Assembly (NCBI GenBank): GCA_965219955.1
Contig: OZ244799.1
Coordinates: forward strand, 3,904,001-3,968,000
Direction: 5' to 3'
Length of the DNA: 64,000 nt
DNA from: a bacterium
Lineage (GTDB): Bacteria > UBA8248
The notes below the pieces were generated by a model. That model ran no database searches. It saw only the letters and a list, made by a program, of their open reading frames with translations, and was not told the origin of the DNA. Shown piece by piece: positions 9,107 through 19,333 of this stretch. Position 1 is the stretch's first letter, and every line of letters begins with the position of its first letter. The translations under genes and the position numbers were made by a program.

Positions 9107-10756
9107 TTGAAAAAAGAGGCGAAAGCGGACCTCGACGTCCTCATCGTCGGCGCGGGCGTCGCCGGGCTTTTCATGCTCTACCGGCTGCGCTCGCGCGGTT
9201 TCAAGGCGCGCGTCTACGAGGCGGGCGGCGACGTGGGCGGCACCTGGTACTGGAACCGCTACCCGGGCGCGCGGTGCGACACGGAGAGCGTTCAGTATTC
9301 CTACCAGTTCTCCGAAGAACTCCAGCAGGAATGGGAGTGGAGCGAGCGCTACGCGAGCCAGCCGGAGATTCTGCGCTATGTCAACCACGTGGCCGAACGC
9401 TTTGATTTAAGACGCGATGTCGTTTTCAACACGCGAATCGTCTCCGCCGTCTTCGATGAGGAGGCGAGCCGCTGGGTCGTCGAGACAGACGGCGGCGAGC
9501 GGATTTCGGCGACGTTCTGCGTGATGGCCACGGGGTGTCTCTCTTCGCCCAACTTCCCCGCTTTCGAGGGCCTGGACGATTTCGACGGCCCCGTTTTCCA
9601 CACGGGCCTCTGGCCGCATGAGAAGGTGGATTTCCCGGGGAAACGGGTGGGCGTCATCGGTACGGGGTCGTCCGCCATGCAGTCGATTCCCATCATCGCG
9701 CGCGAAGCGGACGATGTGTTCGTATTTCAAAGAACGGCGCACTTCGCCGTGCCCGCGCACAACGGCCCCATCAACGAGGAGCGGGTGCGCGAGGTGAAGG
9801 CGAATTACCCGCAAATCAGGGCGAGGGCCAAGCGATCGGCCACGGGTTTCGATCAGACCTTTGGCGAGAAGGAGGCCTTGAAGGTCAGCGAAGAAGAACG
9901 CGAGCGCGAATTCGAGAAACGCTGGGCGCACGGGGGGCTGCCCTTTCTCTCCGCCTTCACGGATCTGCGCTACAGCGAAGAGGCGAACCGGATGGCGGGC
10001 GAATTCGTGCGGAACAAGATTCGGGAAATCGTCAAGGATCCCGAAACAGCGGAACTGCTTTGCCCCACAACCGTCATCGGCTGCAAGCGCCTGTGCGTGA
10101 TTACGGAGTATTTCGAGGCCTATAATCGCCCGAACGTCCACCTGGTCGACGTGAGCGAATCGCCCATCGAGAAGATAACGCCGGAAGGGGTGGTGACAGG
10201 GGGGCGTGTGTATGACATCGACATGCTCATCCTGGCGACGGGGTTCGACGCCATGACGGGGACCCTGCTCAGAATCGACATCCGTGGGCGCGGCGGGCGG
10301 ACCCTGCAGGATAAATGGAAGGAGGGCCCCCGCACCTATCTCGGCCTCATGACGGCGGGCTTCCCGAACATGTTCACCATCACGGGCCCCGGCAGCCCCT
10401 CGGTTTTGACGAACATGCAGACTTCCATCGACCATCACGTCGAGTGGATAGGCGCGTGTCTCGTGTATCTGCGCGAGAACGGGATGAAATCCATCGAGGC
10501 TTCCGTGGAGGCGGAAGACGCCTGGGTGGCGCACAACAACGAGGAGACCGCCAAGACGATTCGCTACAAGTGCACCTCCTGGTATCTGGGCGCGAACATA
10601 CCGGGCAAGCCGCGCGTGTTCATGCCCTACATCGCCGGGTTCGACGTCTATTCGAAAAAATGCGCGAAAATCGTGGCGGCGGGATACGAGGGGTTTCGTT
10701 TGATTCCGCGCGAAACCGACCCTGTGGATACTCTGGTCGGGCATTCCGGGCAATGA
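9107..10756 (+). CDS. Type I Baeyer-Villiger monooxygenase (cyclohexanone monooxygenase-like)
   Basis: GAGVAG, GGTWYWNRYPGARCD, fingerprint FDGPVFHTGLWP, GTGSSA; TTG start. Confidence 0.93.
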   Translation: MKKEAKADLDVLIVGAGVAGLFMLYRLRSRGFKARVYEAGGDVGGTWYWNRYPGARCDTESVQYSYQFSEELQQEWEWSERYASQPEILRYVNHVAERFDLRRDVVFNTRIVSAVFDEEASRWVVETDGGERISATFCVMATGCLSSPNFPAFEGLDDFDGPVFHTGLWPHEKVDFPGKRVGVIGTGSSAMQSIPIIAREADDVFVFQRTAHFAVPAHNGPINEERVREVKANYPQIRARAKRSATGFDQTFGEKEALKVSEEEREREFEKRWAHGGLPFLSAFTDLRYSEEANRMAGEFVRNKIREIVKDPETAELLCPTTVIGCKRLCVITEYFEAYNRPNVHLVDVSESPIEKITPEGVVTGGRVYDIDMLILATGFDAMTGTLLRIDIRGRGGRTLQDKWKEGPRTYLGLMTAGFPNMFTITGPGSPSVLTNMQTSIDHHVEWIGACLVYLRENGMKSIEASVEAEDAWVAHNNEETAKTIRYKCTSWYLGANIPGKPRVFMPYIAGFDVYSKKCAKIVAAGYEGFRLIPRETDPVDTLVGHSGQ

Positions 10757-10845
10757 CACCTTGAACGACTTACATTCTTGATGGATATGGAATAGAATAA
10801 GCAAATAACCGATATATACATTGCGCTTATGAATAGGACCTCTGC

Positions 10846-11940
10846 ATGGCGGAAGTGGTCGTAAAGGATTTGGTGAAACGCTTCGGTACGGAAACCCTGG
10901 CAGTGGATAACGTCAGTTTCACCGTGGGCGAAGGTGAGTTCGTTACTCTGCTGGGTCCCAGTGGTTGCGGGAAGACGACGACGCTTCGCTGCATCGCAGG
11001 GCTCGAGACCCCCGATGAGGGGGATATCCTCATCGCGGACGAAGTATTCACTTCGAGCCGCAACGGTGTTTGCCTGCCCCCGGAGAAGCGCCGGCTCGGC
11101 ATGGTGTTTCAGTCTTACGCCATATGGCCTCACATGTCGGTTTCAGAGAACGTCGCTTACGGCATTCAGGCCCAGGGGGCGAGTCGCGCGGAGGTCAGCG
11201 ACAAAGTCGCCAAGGCGCTCGAACTCGTCGGTCTGAGCGGTCTGGGCGAGAGAAACGCCACCAAACTCTCCGGCGGCCAGCAGCAGCGGGTCTCTCTCGC
11301 CCGCGCATTGGCCTACAACCCCCGCGTCCTTCTTTTCGATGAGCCGCTCAGCAACCTCGACGCGAAGCTGCGCGAACGCATGCGGGTCGAGTTGGCGAAC
11401 CTGATCAAGGAACTCAAATTGACGGCTATTTACGTCACCCACGATCAGGCCGAGGCCATGGTCATGAGCGACCGGATTATCGTCATGAAGGACGGAAGGA
11501 TACAGCAGGAAGGAGATCCGCACGCTACCTACAACGAGCCGTCCAACAGTTTCGTCGCCGATTTCATCGGCGTGACGAACATTCTCGAAGGCACAGCCGT
11601 CGAGAGAGAGAACGGCAAAGGCCTTTGGGTCGACGTGCCCTCTCTTCAGTCGAAAATCCTTTGCTCGAAAGGAATCGAACGTGATATCGCAGCCGGGTCA
11701 GATCTACTGGTCACCGTGCGGCCCGAATACATCGAGCTTGGAGAAGACGGGTCAAACGACAATAACGTCTTGAGAGGCCAGGTGAGCGATGCCGTTTACC
11801 TGGGGCAATCCTGGGATTGCCTGGTTCTATCGGGCAGCCTGGAATTGAGGGTGCATATTCGTGGTGATGCGGAAATTCGGGTTGGTCAGCCCGTGACCAT
11901 GAGCATATCTCCTTCAAGATGCGTGGTGTTGAGCGATTGA
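10846..11940 (+). CDS. ABC transporter ATP-binding protein (FbpC/PotA-like)
   Basis: GPSGCGKT, LSGGQQQR, DEPLSNLD, C-terminal TOBE-like region. Confidence 0.95.
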   Translation: MAEVVVKDLVKRFGTETLAVDNVSFTVGEGEFVTLLGPSGCGKTTTLRCIAGLETPDEGDILIADEVFTSSRNGVCLPPEKRRLGMVFQSYAIWPHMSVSENVAYGIQAQGASRAEVSDKVAKALELVGLSGLGERNATKLSGGQQQRVSLARALAYNPRVLLFDEPLSNLDAKLRERMRVELANLIKELKLTAIYVTHDQAEAMVMSDRIIVMKDGRIQQEGDPHATYNEPSNSFVADFIGVTNILEGTAVERENGKGLWVDVPSLQSKILCSKGIERDIAAGSDLLVTVRPEYIELGEDGSNDNNVLRGQVSDAVYLGQSWDCLVLSGSLELRVHIRGDAEIRVGQPVTMSISPSRCVVLSD

Positions 11941-12007
11941 GGGGAGGGGTAGACAAAACTTCTCCTTCAGAAACCGGTCATTTTCTAATAACTTGGGAGA
12001 GAGGTTG

Positions 12008-13153
12008 ATGAAGACGAGATGGAGTTACGCGTTGTTTACGGCGGCGGTATTGCTGGCGGGAATGTTTGCGCTGTACGGGACCGCCCGCGCTGCGGAAGCG
12101 CCTATTTTGAAAGAACTCAAGGGTGCGGAAAAAGCCCGCGTCGCGAAGTTGATTGAAGGCGCCAGAAAAGAAGGCAATTTCTCATGGGCCACGAACCTCG
12201 CTCCCGTGAAAGCGGCCAAGGCGATGGAGAAAGCCTTCAAGAAGCTCTATGGACTGCCGAAAGTGAAATTCCGTTTCGCCAACAGGCGCTCCGGTACGCT
12301 CATCAAGCGTTTCGAGCAGGAGATCAAGGCGGACAAGCTCTCCGTCGACGTGGTCGTGCTCGCCGCGGCCTCCTGGCTGCATTCGATGAAACGGCGCGGG
12401 CATTTAATGAAATACGTCTCGCCGGAAGACAAGCATTACGATTTGGCTGAAAAAGCGAACATGAACGGCGGCGGCTACTGGGTGTCCGATGGGCAAATCA
12501 ACACCATGGCGGTCAACCGCGATTTGGCGGGCAACGTCAAACTGACGAGTTGGTATGATTTGCTGAAGCCCGAGTTCAAGGGCAAGGTGCTGGTCGGCGA
12601 TGCGAGGCCCTCCGAAACGTACACGCTTTGGTACAAGGGCCTTCGCGAACGGCTGCCGAAGAGCTACTTCCAGAAATTGAGCGCTGCGGGCGCGGGCGTG
12701 ATGGCGAGAGGCTCGGCGCAGAGGCGCTCCCTCATGGCGGGTGAATACTGGCTCGGCACGACGATCATGGCCAGGCACAACTGGATTGCCAAAAAAGCCG
12801 GCGTCAACATGGACCCCATCTACCCCAAAGAGGGCGTGGTGGCGCTTCCCATCGGCTCGGTGATCATGGCGAAGGCGAAAAACCCCAACATGGCGAAGCT
12901 GTTCGTCGATTACTGGCGGAGCGTGAGAGGGCATCACATGCTCCTCAATTACAACCCTCTCAATTCCGGCAGGCCGCTTCCGCCGCACAAAGACGAGAAG
13001 ATCAACAAGCTCATCCTGGCGAAAGACGGCATTGCGCCGCCCATCGACAAGATCAACGTCATCCCGACCGACTGGAGCAAAGTCACGCCCGCGGACGTGA
13101 AAAAATGGAAGGCGGAATTCATCGAAGTGTTCGGTTCGGGGACGAAGAAATAA
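12008..13153 (+). CDS. ABC transporter substrate-binding protein
   Basis: Signal peptide ending ARA-A; GARKEG, YPKEG, KNPNMAKLFVDY; located between ATPase and permease. Confidence 0.88.
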   Translation: MKTRWSYALFTAAVLLAGMFALYGTARAAEAPILKELKGAEKARVAKLIEGARKEGNFSWATNLAPVKAAKAMEKAFKKLYGLPKVKFRFANRRSGTLIKRFEQEIKADKLSVDVVVLAAASWLHSMKRRGHLMKYVSPEDKHYDLAEKANMNGGGYWVSDGQINTMAVNRDLAGNVKLTSWYDLLKPEFKGKVLVGDARPSETYTLWYKGLRERLPKSYFQKLSAAGAGVMARGSAQRRSLMAGEYWLGTTIMARHNWIAKKAGVNMDPIYPKEGVVALPIGSVIMAKAKNPNMAKLFVDYWRSVRGHHMLLNYNPLNSGRPLPPHKDEKINKLILAKDGIAPPIDKINVIPTDWSKVTPADVKKWKAEFIEVFGSGTKK

Positions 13154-13181
13154 CAATGTCTGATACCCGGGGAATCGGAAA

Positions 13182-14942
13182 TTGAGCAGCGCATCGAAAT
13201 CGGAGTTGGAGGCCGGCGGTGGCGGGGCGAAACCCGCCGCTGCGGCCTCCTCCCTTGCGGGGCGGTTCTTCAATTCTGAAAATTCGCTGAAAATCGGTTC
13301 GCTGGGACTGCTCACGATTCTGGCCATCCTGCCCGTATCGGTGTTCATATACAGCGCGTTCGTGACCCACCCCGAAGCCGGGAAATCCATATTCACGTTC
13401 ACGAACTTCACGAAGACGTTTTCCACCTCCGAGGTGTTGGACGCTTCGCTGAACACCCTGATCATTGCGCTGGGAACGTCTGTTTTCTCTTGTCTGACGG
13501 GCGTTTCGCTCGCCTGGTTCCATGCACGCACCGACATGCCTTTCCGGAGGACTCTGGAGGCGCTGACCCTGATACCCTTCTTCCTGTCTTCCTTCCTGGG
13601 GGCAGTTGCCTGGTGGGCGCTGGCCGCCCCGAGGACGGGTATCCTGAACCGCTGGATGATCGACCTCTTCGGGTTGTCGGCCCCGCCGTTCAACATCTAT
13701 TCGATGGGCGGGATCGTCATGGTGATGGCGCTGTTTTATACGCCCTACATGTATCTGTTTACGATAGGCTCCCTGAATCGGATGGACCCGGCCCTCGAGG
13801 AATCCGCGCGGGTTTGCGGAACCGGCGTCTTGCGCACGGCCCTGAGGGTGACGATTCCACTTTCCACGCCCGCCATGCTCTCCGGCGCGGTCATCGTTTT
13901 CGTGGTGAGCATGGGTGTTTTCGGCGTGCCCAGTCTTTTGGGCCCGATTGCGAGAATTTCGACGCTCTCGACGATCATTTATACGAAAATGGAAGAATAT
14001 CCGCTGGACATAGGCGGGGCGGCCGCGCTGGGAAGCGTCCTGATGGTGTTCACCGCGGTGGGACTCTTCATCCAGAGAAAGATTATCGCGCCGAGAAGCT
14101 ACGTGACCGTGACGGGCAAGGGCTACCGCCCCAGCCGCGTTTCTTTGGGGCCCTGGAAATACGTCGCGCTCGCCATCAATTGTTTTTACGTTCTGCTGGC
14201 GGTCATCCTCCCGCTGGGCGCGCTCCTGCTGGCGTCGTTCAACCGCGCCTGGCTGGGCGGATTCCGCTGGAGCCAGCTTTCCATCTACAACTGGGCGTAT
14301 GTCCTCTTCGAATACGAATACGCCGTACGCGCCACCAAGAACAGTCTCATCCTGGGGCTTGTGGGCGGATTCATCACGGTGGTCCTGTGCACGTTCCTCT
14401 CCATGGTGATTCTCAGGGGCAGGAACAAGAAGCTCAGCGGCGCTGTCGATTACCTGAGCACCCTGCCCATCGGCGTGCCGGGCCTCATCATGGGTATGGC
14501 TTTTCTCATCACATGGATCAAGACGCCGCTCTATGCGTTGCCCATGCTCTTGCTTATGATGGCGTATATGACGCGCTACCTGCCCTATGGCCTGAGGACC
14601 ATATCTTCGGTGCTTCAGTCGCTCAGTTCCGAGCTCGAAGAAAGCGCCAGGATCTGCGGCTCCTCGTTCGTCTCGACGATAAAGAAGATCACCGTTCCGC
14701 TCCTGAGGCCGGGCATATTCGCGGCTTATCTCATGCTGTTCATCATGTTCATCAGGGAGTTGCCGGTGTCCGTTCTCCTGGCGACGGAGGACAGCGCCCC
14801 CATGGCGGTGGCCCTGTACATCCTGCAGGAAAACGAAGCTTTGGGCGTCGTGGCGGCATTCGCTCTCGTTCAGACCGCGCTTCTCCTGCTGGGAACGATT
14901 GTCTTCAGAAAACTCGGAAGCCTGGAAGAACTCTCGGTCTAG
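13182..14942 (+). CDS. ABC permease, fused double domain (FbpB-like)
   Basis: About 12 TM segments; two EAA loops (LEESARVCG, LEESARICG). Confidence 0.92.
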   Translation: MSSASKSELEAGGGGAKPAAAASSLAGRFFNSENSLKIGSLGLLTILAILPVSVFIYSAFVTHPEAGKSIFTFTNFTKTFSTSEVLDASLNTLIIALGTSVFSCLTGVSLAWFHARTDMPFRRTLEALTLIPFFLSSFLGAVAWWALAAPRTGILNRWMIDLFGLSAPPFNIYSMGGIVMVMALFYTPYMYLFTIGSLNRMDPALEESARVCGTGVLRTALRVTIPLSTPAMLSGAVIVFVVSMGVFGVPSLLGPIARISTLSTIIYTKMEEYPLDIGGAAALGSVLMVFTAVGLFIQRKIIAPRSYVTVTGKGYRPSRVSLGPWKYVALAINCFYVLLAVILPLGALLLASFNRAWLGGFRWSQLSIYNWAYVLFEYEYAVRATKNSLILGLVGGFITVVLCTFLSMVILRGRNKKLSGAVDYLSTLPIGVPGLIMGMAFLITWIKTPLYALPMLLLMMAYMTRYLPYGLRTISSVLQSLSSELEESARICGSSFVSTIKKITVPLLRPGIFAAYLMLFIMFIRELPVSVLLATEDSAPMAVALYILQENEALGVVAAFALVQTALLLLGTIVFRKLGSLEELSV

Positions 14943-15024
14943 CGAAGAGAACGAGACCCGGAAACAGGAAGGCGCCTGGAGCGCATGAGTTTCGGAATCC
15001 GGCGCCCGCAGGGAGGGAGACCGA

Positions 15025-15927
15025 ATGAAACTCAAAGGCATCATGGGAGCGCCCACGACGGCGTTCAAGCCCGACGGCGGCGTCGATTACGATACCTTCG
15101 CGAAGCAGATCGATTTCCTGATCAAGCAGGGATTTCCCTTCATCGCCCATCCCATGCACATCGGCGAGTCCCTGAATCTAAGCGATCATGAGCGAAAGGA
15201 ACTGGCGCGTATTCTGGTGGACACGGCCGCCGGCCGCGTACCCGCCTTCGTGAACGTAACCGCTTCGGGGCCGGATAACTCCATCGATTTGGCGAGGCAT
15301 TCCGAAGCTGTAGGCGCAACCGGAATCATCGTGCTCTCGCCTTATCATTGGGCGCCCGGGGACGAAGCCCATCTGGATTATTTCCTGACGATGGGGGGGT
15401 GTGTGGATGTCGCTATGATCGCATACAACAACCCAAGGCTCCAGGTGACCATCTCCCACGACATGCTGGAAGAAATGCTCGAAAAACTCCCGAACCTCCA
15501 TGCCCTGAAAGACGCGAGCTTCGACATGAACTATTTCACGGGCGCTTGCCGCATCGCATCCGCCGCCCGTGAGGATTTTTCCGTGTTCACCGGAATCGAG
15601 TGGCTCCTCACGTCGATTCCCGTCGGCGGCTCGGGGTCGTTCTCCAATTGCGGGGAGGTCGCCCCCCGGCTGGTTCTGTCTCTATACGATGCCTGCGTCT
15701 CGGGAGATTATGACAAAGCGCGCGTCCTGCAATACAAGATGGGCATACTCCTGCACTTGCTGCAGACGAACTACCCGGCGACGGTGAAATACGCGATGGA
15801 GCTCATGGGCCGTCCCGTCGGCGAGACGCGAAAACCCATTCTGCCCCCGGACGATGACGCCAGGGCCCACACGCGCAAGACGCTGGAGTCGCTCGGCATT
15901 TTCGAGAGCGAACCGTCAGGCTGGTAG
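15025..15927 (+). CDS. DHDPS/NAL-family class I aldolase/lyase
   Basis: YNNP, Schiff-base Lys in LKDAS; atypical HIGES in place of TTGE. Confidence 0.88.
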   Translation: MKLKGIMGAPTTAFKPDGGVDYDTFAKQIDFLIKQGFPFIAHPMHIGESLNLSDHERKELARILVDTAAGRVPAFVNVTASGPDNSIDLARHSEAVGATGIIVLSPYHWAPGDEAHLDYFLTMGGCVDVAMIAYNNPRLQVTISHDMLEEMLEKLPNLHALKDASFDMNYFTGACRIASAAREDFSVFTGIEWLLTSIPVGGSGSFSNCGEVAPRLVLSLYDACVSGDYDKARVLQYKMGILLHLLQTNYPATVKYAMELMGRPVGETRKPILPPDDDARAHTRKTLESLGIFESEPSGW

Positions 15928-18060
15928 GGCGGGCGTTTCCGCTTTATCCGACACTCCTTTTTGCCAGACATAGATGAAGAGCAACAGAGCCGCTCCCGCC
16001 GCGTTGGCGATGTATGCCGAGATACCCCCGGGCAGTTGGAATTTCCCTGGAAGAAAACAAAACAATGAAGCGACGCCAAGAAGCAGCCATTCGAGAGGGG
16101 AAGTCTTTCTCTTGAGGTAGCCCATCGTCCAAGCGGAAAACGCAATGGTGCCGAACAGCGCCGCTCCCATCGTCCAGAGCGTGAGTTTCACCGAGCCCGT
16201 CAGCAGGATGGGCGTATAGGCGAAGAGAAGCGGCATGACGTAGAGCATTTTGGCGAACCGGAAACTCGCCCAGCCCGTCTTCCAGGGGTCCGCTGCGGCG
16301 ATGGAAGCGGCGACGTAGGCGCCCAGGCATACCGGCGGCGTGATGTTCGAATCCTGACTCAGCCAGAAGACGATCATGTGCGCGGCGATGAGAGGAACGC
16401 CCAGGTTCTCAAGGGCGGGACCCGCGAGGACGGCCAGGACGAGATATGAGGCGGTAATCGGCAGCGCCATGCCCAGGACGAGAGACGCCACCGCCACCAG
16501 AAACAGGGCGAACAGAAGGCTTCCGCCCGAGAGCGCCACGAGCAGATAGCTCATCTTGAGGCCGAGACCTGTCAAGGCCACCATCCCGACGATGATCCCC
16601 ACCGCTGCTGCGGCCGAGCCGACGACGAGAGAATTTTGCGTACCCTCCACCATGGCGCCGAAGATGGTTCGCAGATTCATCCGTTCGCCGGGGGATGGGC
16701 ATCTATCGGGAAAGAGCCGCGCCAGCGCCATTCGAATCCAGTTGATGGCCAGGATGGAGAAGATGGCCATGACGGCGCACCAGTCCGGCGAGTAGCCGGC
16801 GATGAGGAAAGCGAGGAGAATCGCGAGCGGCAGGAGATGGAACCAACCGGATGTGAAAACATCTTTGGGGCGTGGGAGGTCGTCTCCGGCGATTCCCTGA
16901 ATACCTTGTCGTTTCGCCTCGAAGTGAACGATGGCGCTGATCGACAGCAGATAGAGCAATGCGGGCACCGCGGCAATGGCCATGATGCGCACGTAGGGCA
17001 CGCCCGTTATCTCCGCCATGACGAATGCGCCTGAGCCCATGACGGGTGGGAGGAGTTGACCGCCCAGGGAGGCGCTGTTTTCCACTGCACCCGCCACATG
17101 GGGCCGGAAGCCCACCTTTTTCATGAGCGGGATGGTGAAGGTGCCCGTCGAGACGACGTTCGCGATGCTGCTGCCAGAAATGGAGCCGAATATGGCCGAG
17201 GCGATGACGGCCACCTTGGCGGGTCCGCCCACCGTCCGTCCGGCGAGCGCCATGGGCATTTCGATGAAGAACCTGCCCATTCCCGATTGATTCATGAACG
17301 CGCCCAGATAGATGAATATCAAGACGTAGCTGGCCATGACGGAGGTCATGACGCCGAAGATGCCCTCCTGGGAATAGAAGGTGTAGTTGACGATCTGGTG
17401 AACCGTGGAGCCTCGGTGAGCGAGTGGACCGGGAGCGTAAGCGCCGAAATGGGCGAACAATAGCGCGACCACGGCAAGGGCCGGAATCCATAGTGCCAGC
17501 CCGCGTCTCGCCGCCTCCAGGGCGAGTGCGATGGCCACGAAGGCCATCCAGAAGTCCGTCTGATGCCAGGCGCCCGGCCTGTCCTGGAGTTCCAGGTAGT
17601 TGAAAACGAAATAGCTCAGACAAAGGCAGGCCAGTCCCATCAGGGTGAGGTTCAGGGCGCGCGGTCGCGCGAGCGCGACGAAGAACAGGAGTGTGCACCC
17701 GACCCACGTCGCCCAATCCGTCGTCAGCGCGCCTTCTTCCGAAACACCTTCCGCGCGGTAGATCGCAGCGGCGAGCAGCGCCACGAGGAGGAGGGCTACG
17801 CCCCAGTCAAGGATTTCCGGCTTTTCCCAGGTTGCTCCCTTGCGCCAGGGGTAGACGAGGAAGCTCATGATCCACATGACGAGAGTGAAAATGCCCAGGT
17901 GGAGATTATCCTCGGGGATGCCCGGTCCCGCCGCCCAGAGGGCGAAAAGAGAGAAGGCGACGCAGACGGCCTGGTGGAAATACTTCCAGGCGCCGCTCAG
18001 GTCCGAAGCGCGGCTGCCGCTCGCGTCATGTGCGATCCGGGTTTCATCGCTTTCGGTCAT
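15916..18060 (-). CDS. TAXI-TRAP fused 4TM/12TM permease
   Basis: GGPAKVAV, GSISGSSIANV, TGTFTIPLMKK, PPVMG, SNITPPVCL. Confidence 0.93.
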   Translation of the reverse strand: MTESDETRIAHDASGSRASDLSGAWKYFHQAVCVAFSLFALWAAGPGIPEDNLHLGIFTLVMWIMSFLVYPWRKGATWEKPEILDWGVALLLVALLAAAIYRAEGVSEEGALTTDWATWVGCTLLFFVALARPRALNLTLMGLACLCLSYFVFNYLELQDRPGAWHQTDFWMAFVAIALALEAARRGLALWIPALAVVALLFAHFGAYAPGPLAHRGSTVHQIVNYTFYSQEGIFGVMTSVMASYVLIFIYLGAFMNQSGMGRFFIEMPMALAGRTVGGPAKVAVIASAIFGSISGSSIANVVSTGTFTIPLMKKVGFRPHVAGAVENSASLGGQLLPPVMGSGAFVMAEITGVPYVRIMAIAAVPALLYLLSISAIVHFEAKRQGIQGIAGDDLPRPKDVFTSGWFHLLPLAILLAFLIAGYSPDWCAVMAIFSILAINWIRMALARLFPDRCPSPGERMNLRTIFGAMVEGTQNSLVVGSAAAAVGIIVGMVALTGLGLKMSYLLVALSGGSLLFALFLVAVASLVLGMALPITASYLVLAVLAGPALENLGVPLIAAHMIVFWLSQDSNITPPVCLGAYVAASIAAADPWKTGWASFRFAKMLYVMPLLFAYTPILLTGSVKLTLWTMGAALFGTIAFSAWTMGYLKRKTSPLEWLLLGVASLFCFLPGKFQLPGGISAYIANAAGAALLLFIYVWQKGVSDKAETPALPA

Positions 18061-18137
18061 GGCGGCCCCCGAAATCTCCCCGCGCGGGTGGGGAAGCCCG
18101 CGCGGAGAGGTTTGTGCGTATCAACCTGGTGAAGAGG

Positions 18138-19127
18138 CTACATGAGTTCTTTCGGGATCTTTTTCCCGGCTTCTTTCCAGAAACGGATCGCCCCTTTGTG
18201 GAGCGGCGCGTTGATGAGCTTGAGGCCGTTCTTAATGGAGAGTTCCTTCGCCACCTTGCCGGCGGCGGAGATGATGTATTTGCGGCCCTTCTCGGAATAC
18301 ATGGCTTTCATGATGTTATAAACCAGATCGGCGGAAACCTGGCTCCCCGCAATCATGACGGTGCCGGTGCCGAAGGTCGGGGTGTCCACGTTCACGTTCG
18401 GGTAGACGCCTGCGGGAATCATGGTGGGTCCGAAGAAGGGAAATTTCTTGTAGAACCCGGATTTGCGGGCGGGGGCGTCCATGTTGATGAAGCGGATTTT
18501 CATCATGGTGGCCGTATCGCGGATCATCGCGTTGCCCAGACCGGGGTGCCAGTTGTAACCGGCGATCTTCCCGTTGCGCATGGCTTCGGGGCTTTTGCGG
18601 CCCAAATACACGGGCTTGAAGGTGCCCCAGATGCCCAGGTGCTTGAGAAGCGCCGTGAGGTTCTTCGCCGATCCCGAACCCGGACCGCCCATCGAGATGG
18701 TCTTTCCCTTCAGGTCTTCGATTTTCTTAATCGGACTGTTCGCGGGCACCAGAAGATGACCCACCGAACCGAAAAGATACGTCATGGTTCGCATGTTCTT
18801 CTGGGGTTTCTTGAAATGCCCTTTGCCCCGGTAGCCCAGGAAGGAGTCGCTTGAGAAGGTCAAGGCGACTTCCACGGAGCCTGAATGGATCGCCCGCACG
18901 TTTTCAACCGAGCCGGTAGAGGACTCGGAAGAAACCTGAACTCCCTTCAACTCTTTCGTCAGATAGACGGCGTATGCGCTGGTCCATCGGTTGTAGGCGC
19001 CGCGAATCTGGCCGCCCTTCATGGTGATGCGTTGCTGGGCCGAGGCGTCCGGCAGCGTTGTAGCGAATTGAGCAGCAATCAGAAACGCAAACACGCTCAG
19101 GATTGATGTCCACCGGGTTTTGGTCAT
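18138..19127 (-). CDS. TAXI family TRAP solute-binding protein
   Basis: STGSVENV, DLKGKTISMGGPGSGS, PLHKGAIRFW; signal peptide; GGAG RBS before ATG 19127. Confidence 0.92.
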   Translation of the reverse strand: MTKTRWTSILSVFAFLIAAQFATTLPDASAQQRITMKGGQIRGAYNRWTSAYAVYLTKELKGVQVSSESSTGSVENVRAIHSGSVEVALTFSSDSFLGYRGKGHFKKPQKNMRTMTYLFGSVGHLLVPANSPIKKIEDLKGKTISMGGPGSGSAKNLTALLKHLGIWGTFKPVYLGRKSPEAMRNGKIAGYNWHPGLGNAMIRDTATMMKIRFINMDAPARKSGFYKKFPFFGPTMIPAGVYPNVNVDTPTFGTGTVMIAGSQVSADLVYNIMKAMYSEKGRKYIISAAGKVAKELSIKNGLKLINAPLHKGAIRFWKEAGKKIPKELM

Positions 19128-19261
19128 GGTATTACTCTCCTTTTGAAGGATGAATGGGATGAAAACTCCTGTTGCCGAAAACAATACGCACCCGAACGCC
19201 GGGCGTCCGAGAAACCAATATCAAGCCATAAGACACTTGTAGGCAGGACGCGCCTGCTAAA

Positions 19262-19290
19262 TTGACAGGGTTCTCATGAGTTCCTAAAGT
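19262..19290 (+). promoter_or_regulatory. Putative sigma70 promoter of the ThDP enzyme gene
   Basis: TTGACA-17 bp-TAAAGT about 45 nt upstream of the start. Confidence 0.55.
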
Positions 19291-19333
19291 CTCATCCTAT
19301 AATCCACTACCTTATCTTACAAGGAGCCGCATT

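Noticed and set aside
13119-15068. Long antisense ORFs (649 aa here; also 9407-10804, 37391-38644, 60584-62098)
   Set aside because: Shadow frames opposite well-supported genes, expected from high-GC codon bias; no family motifs
15916-15927. Overlap of convergent DHDPS-like and TRAP permease genes
   Set aside because: A 12-bp 3' overlap is commonplace
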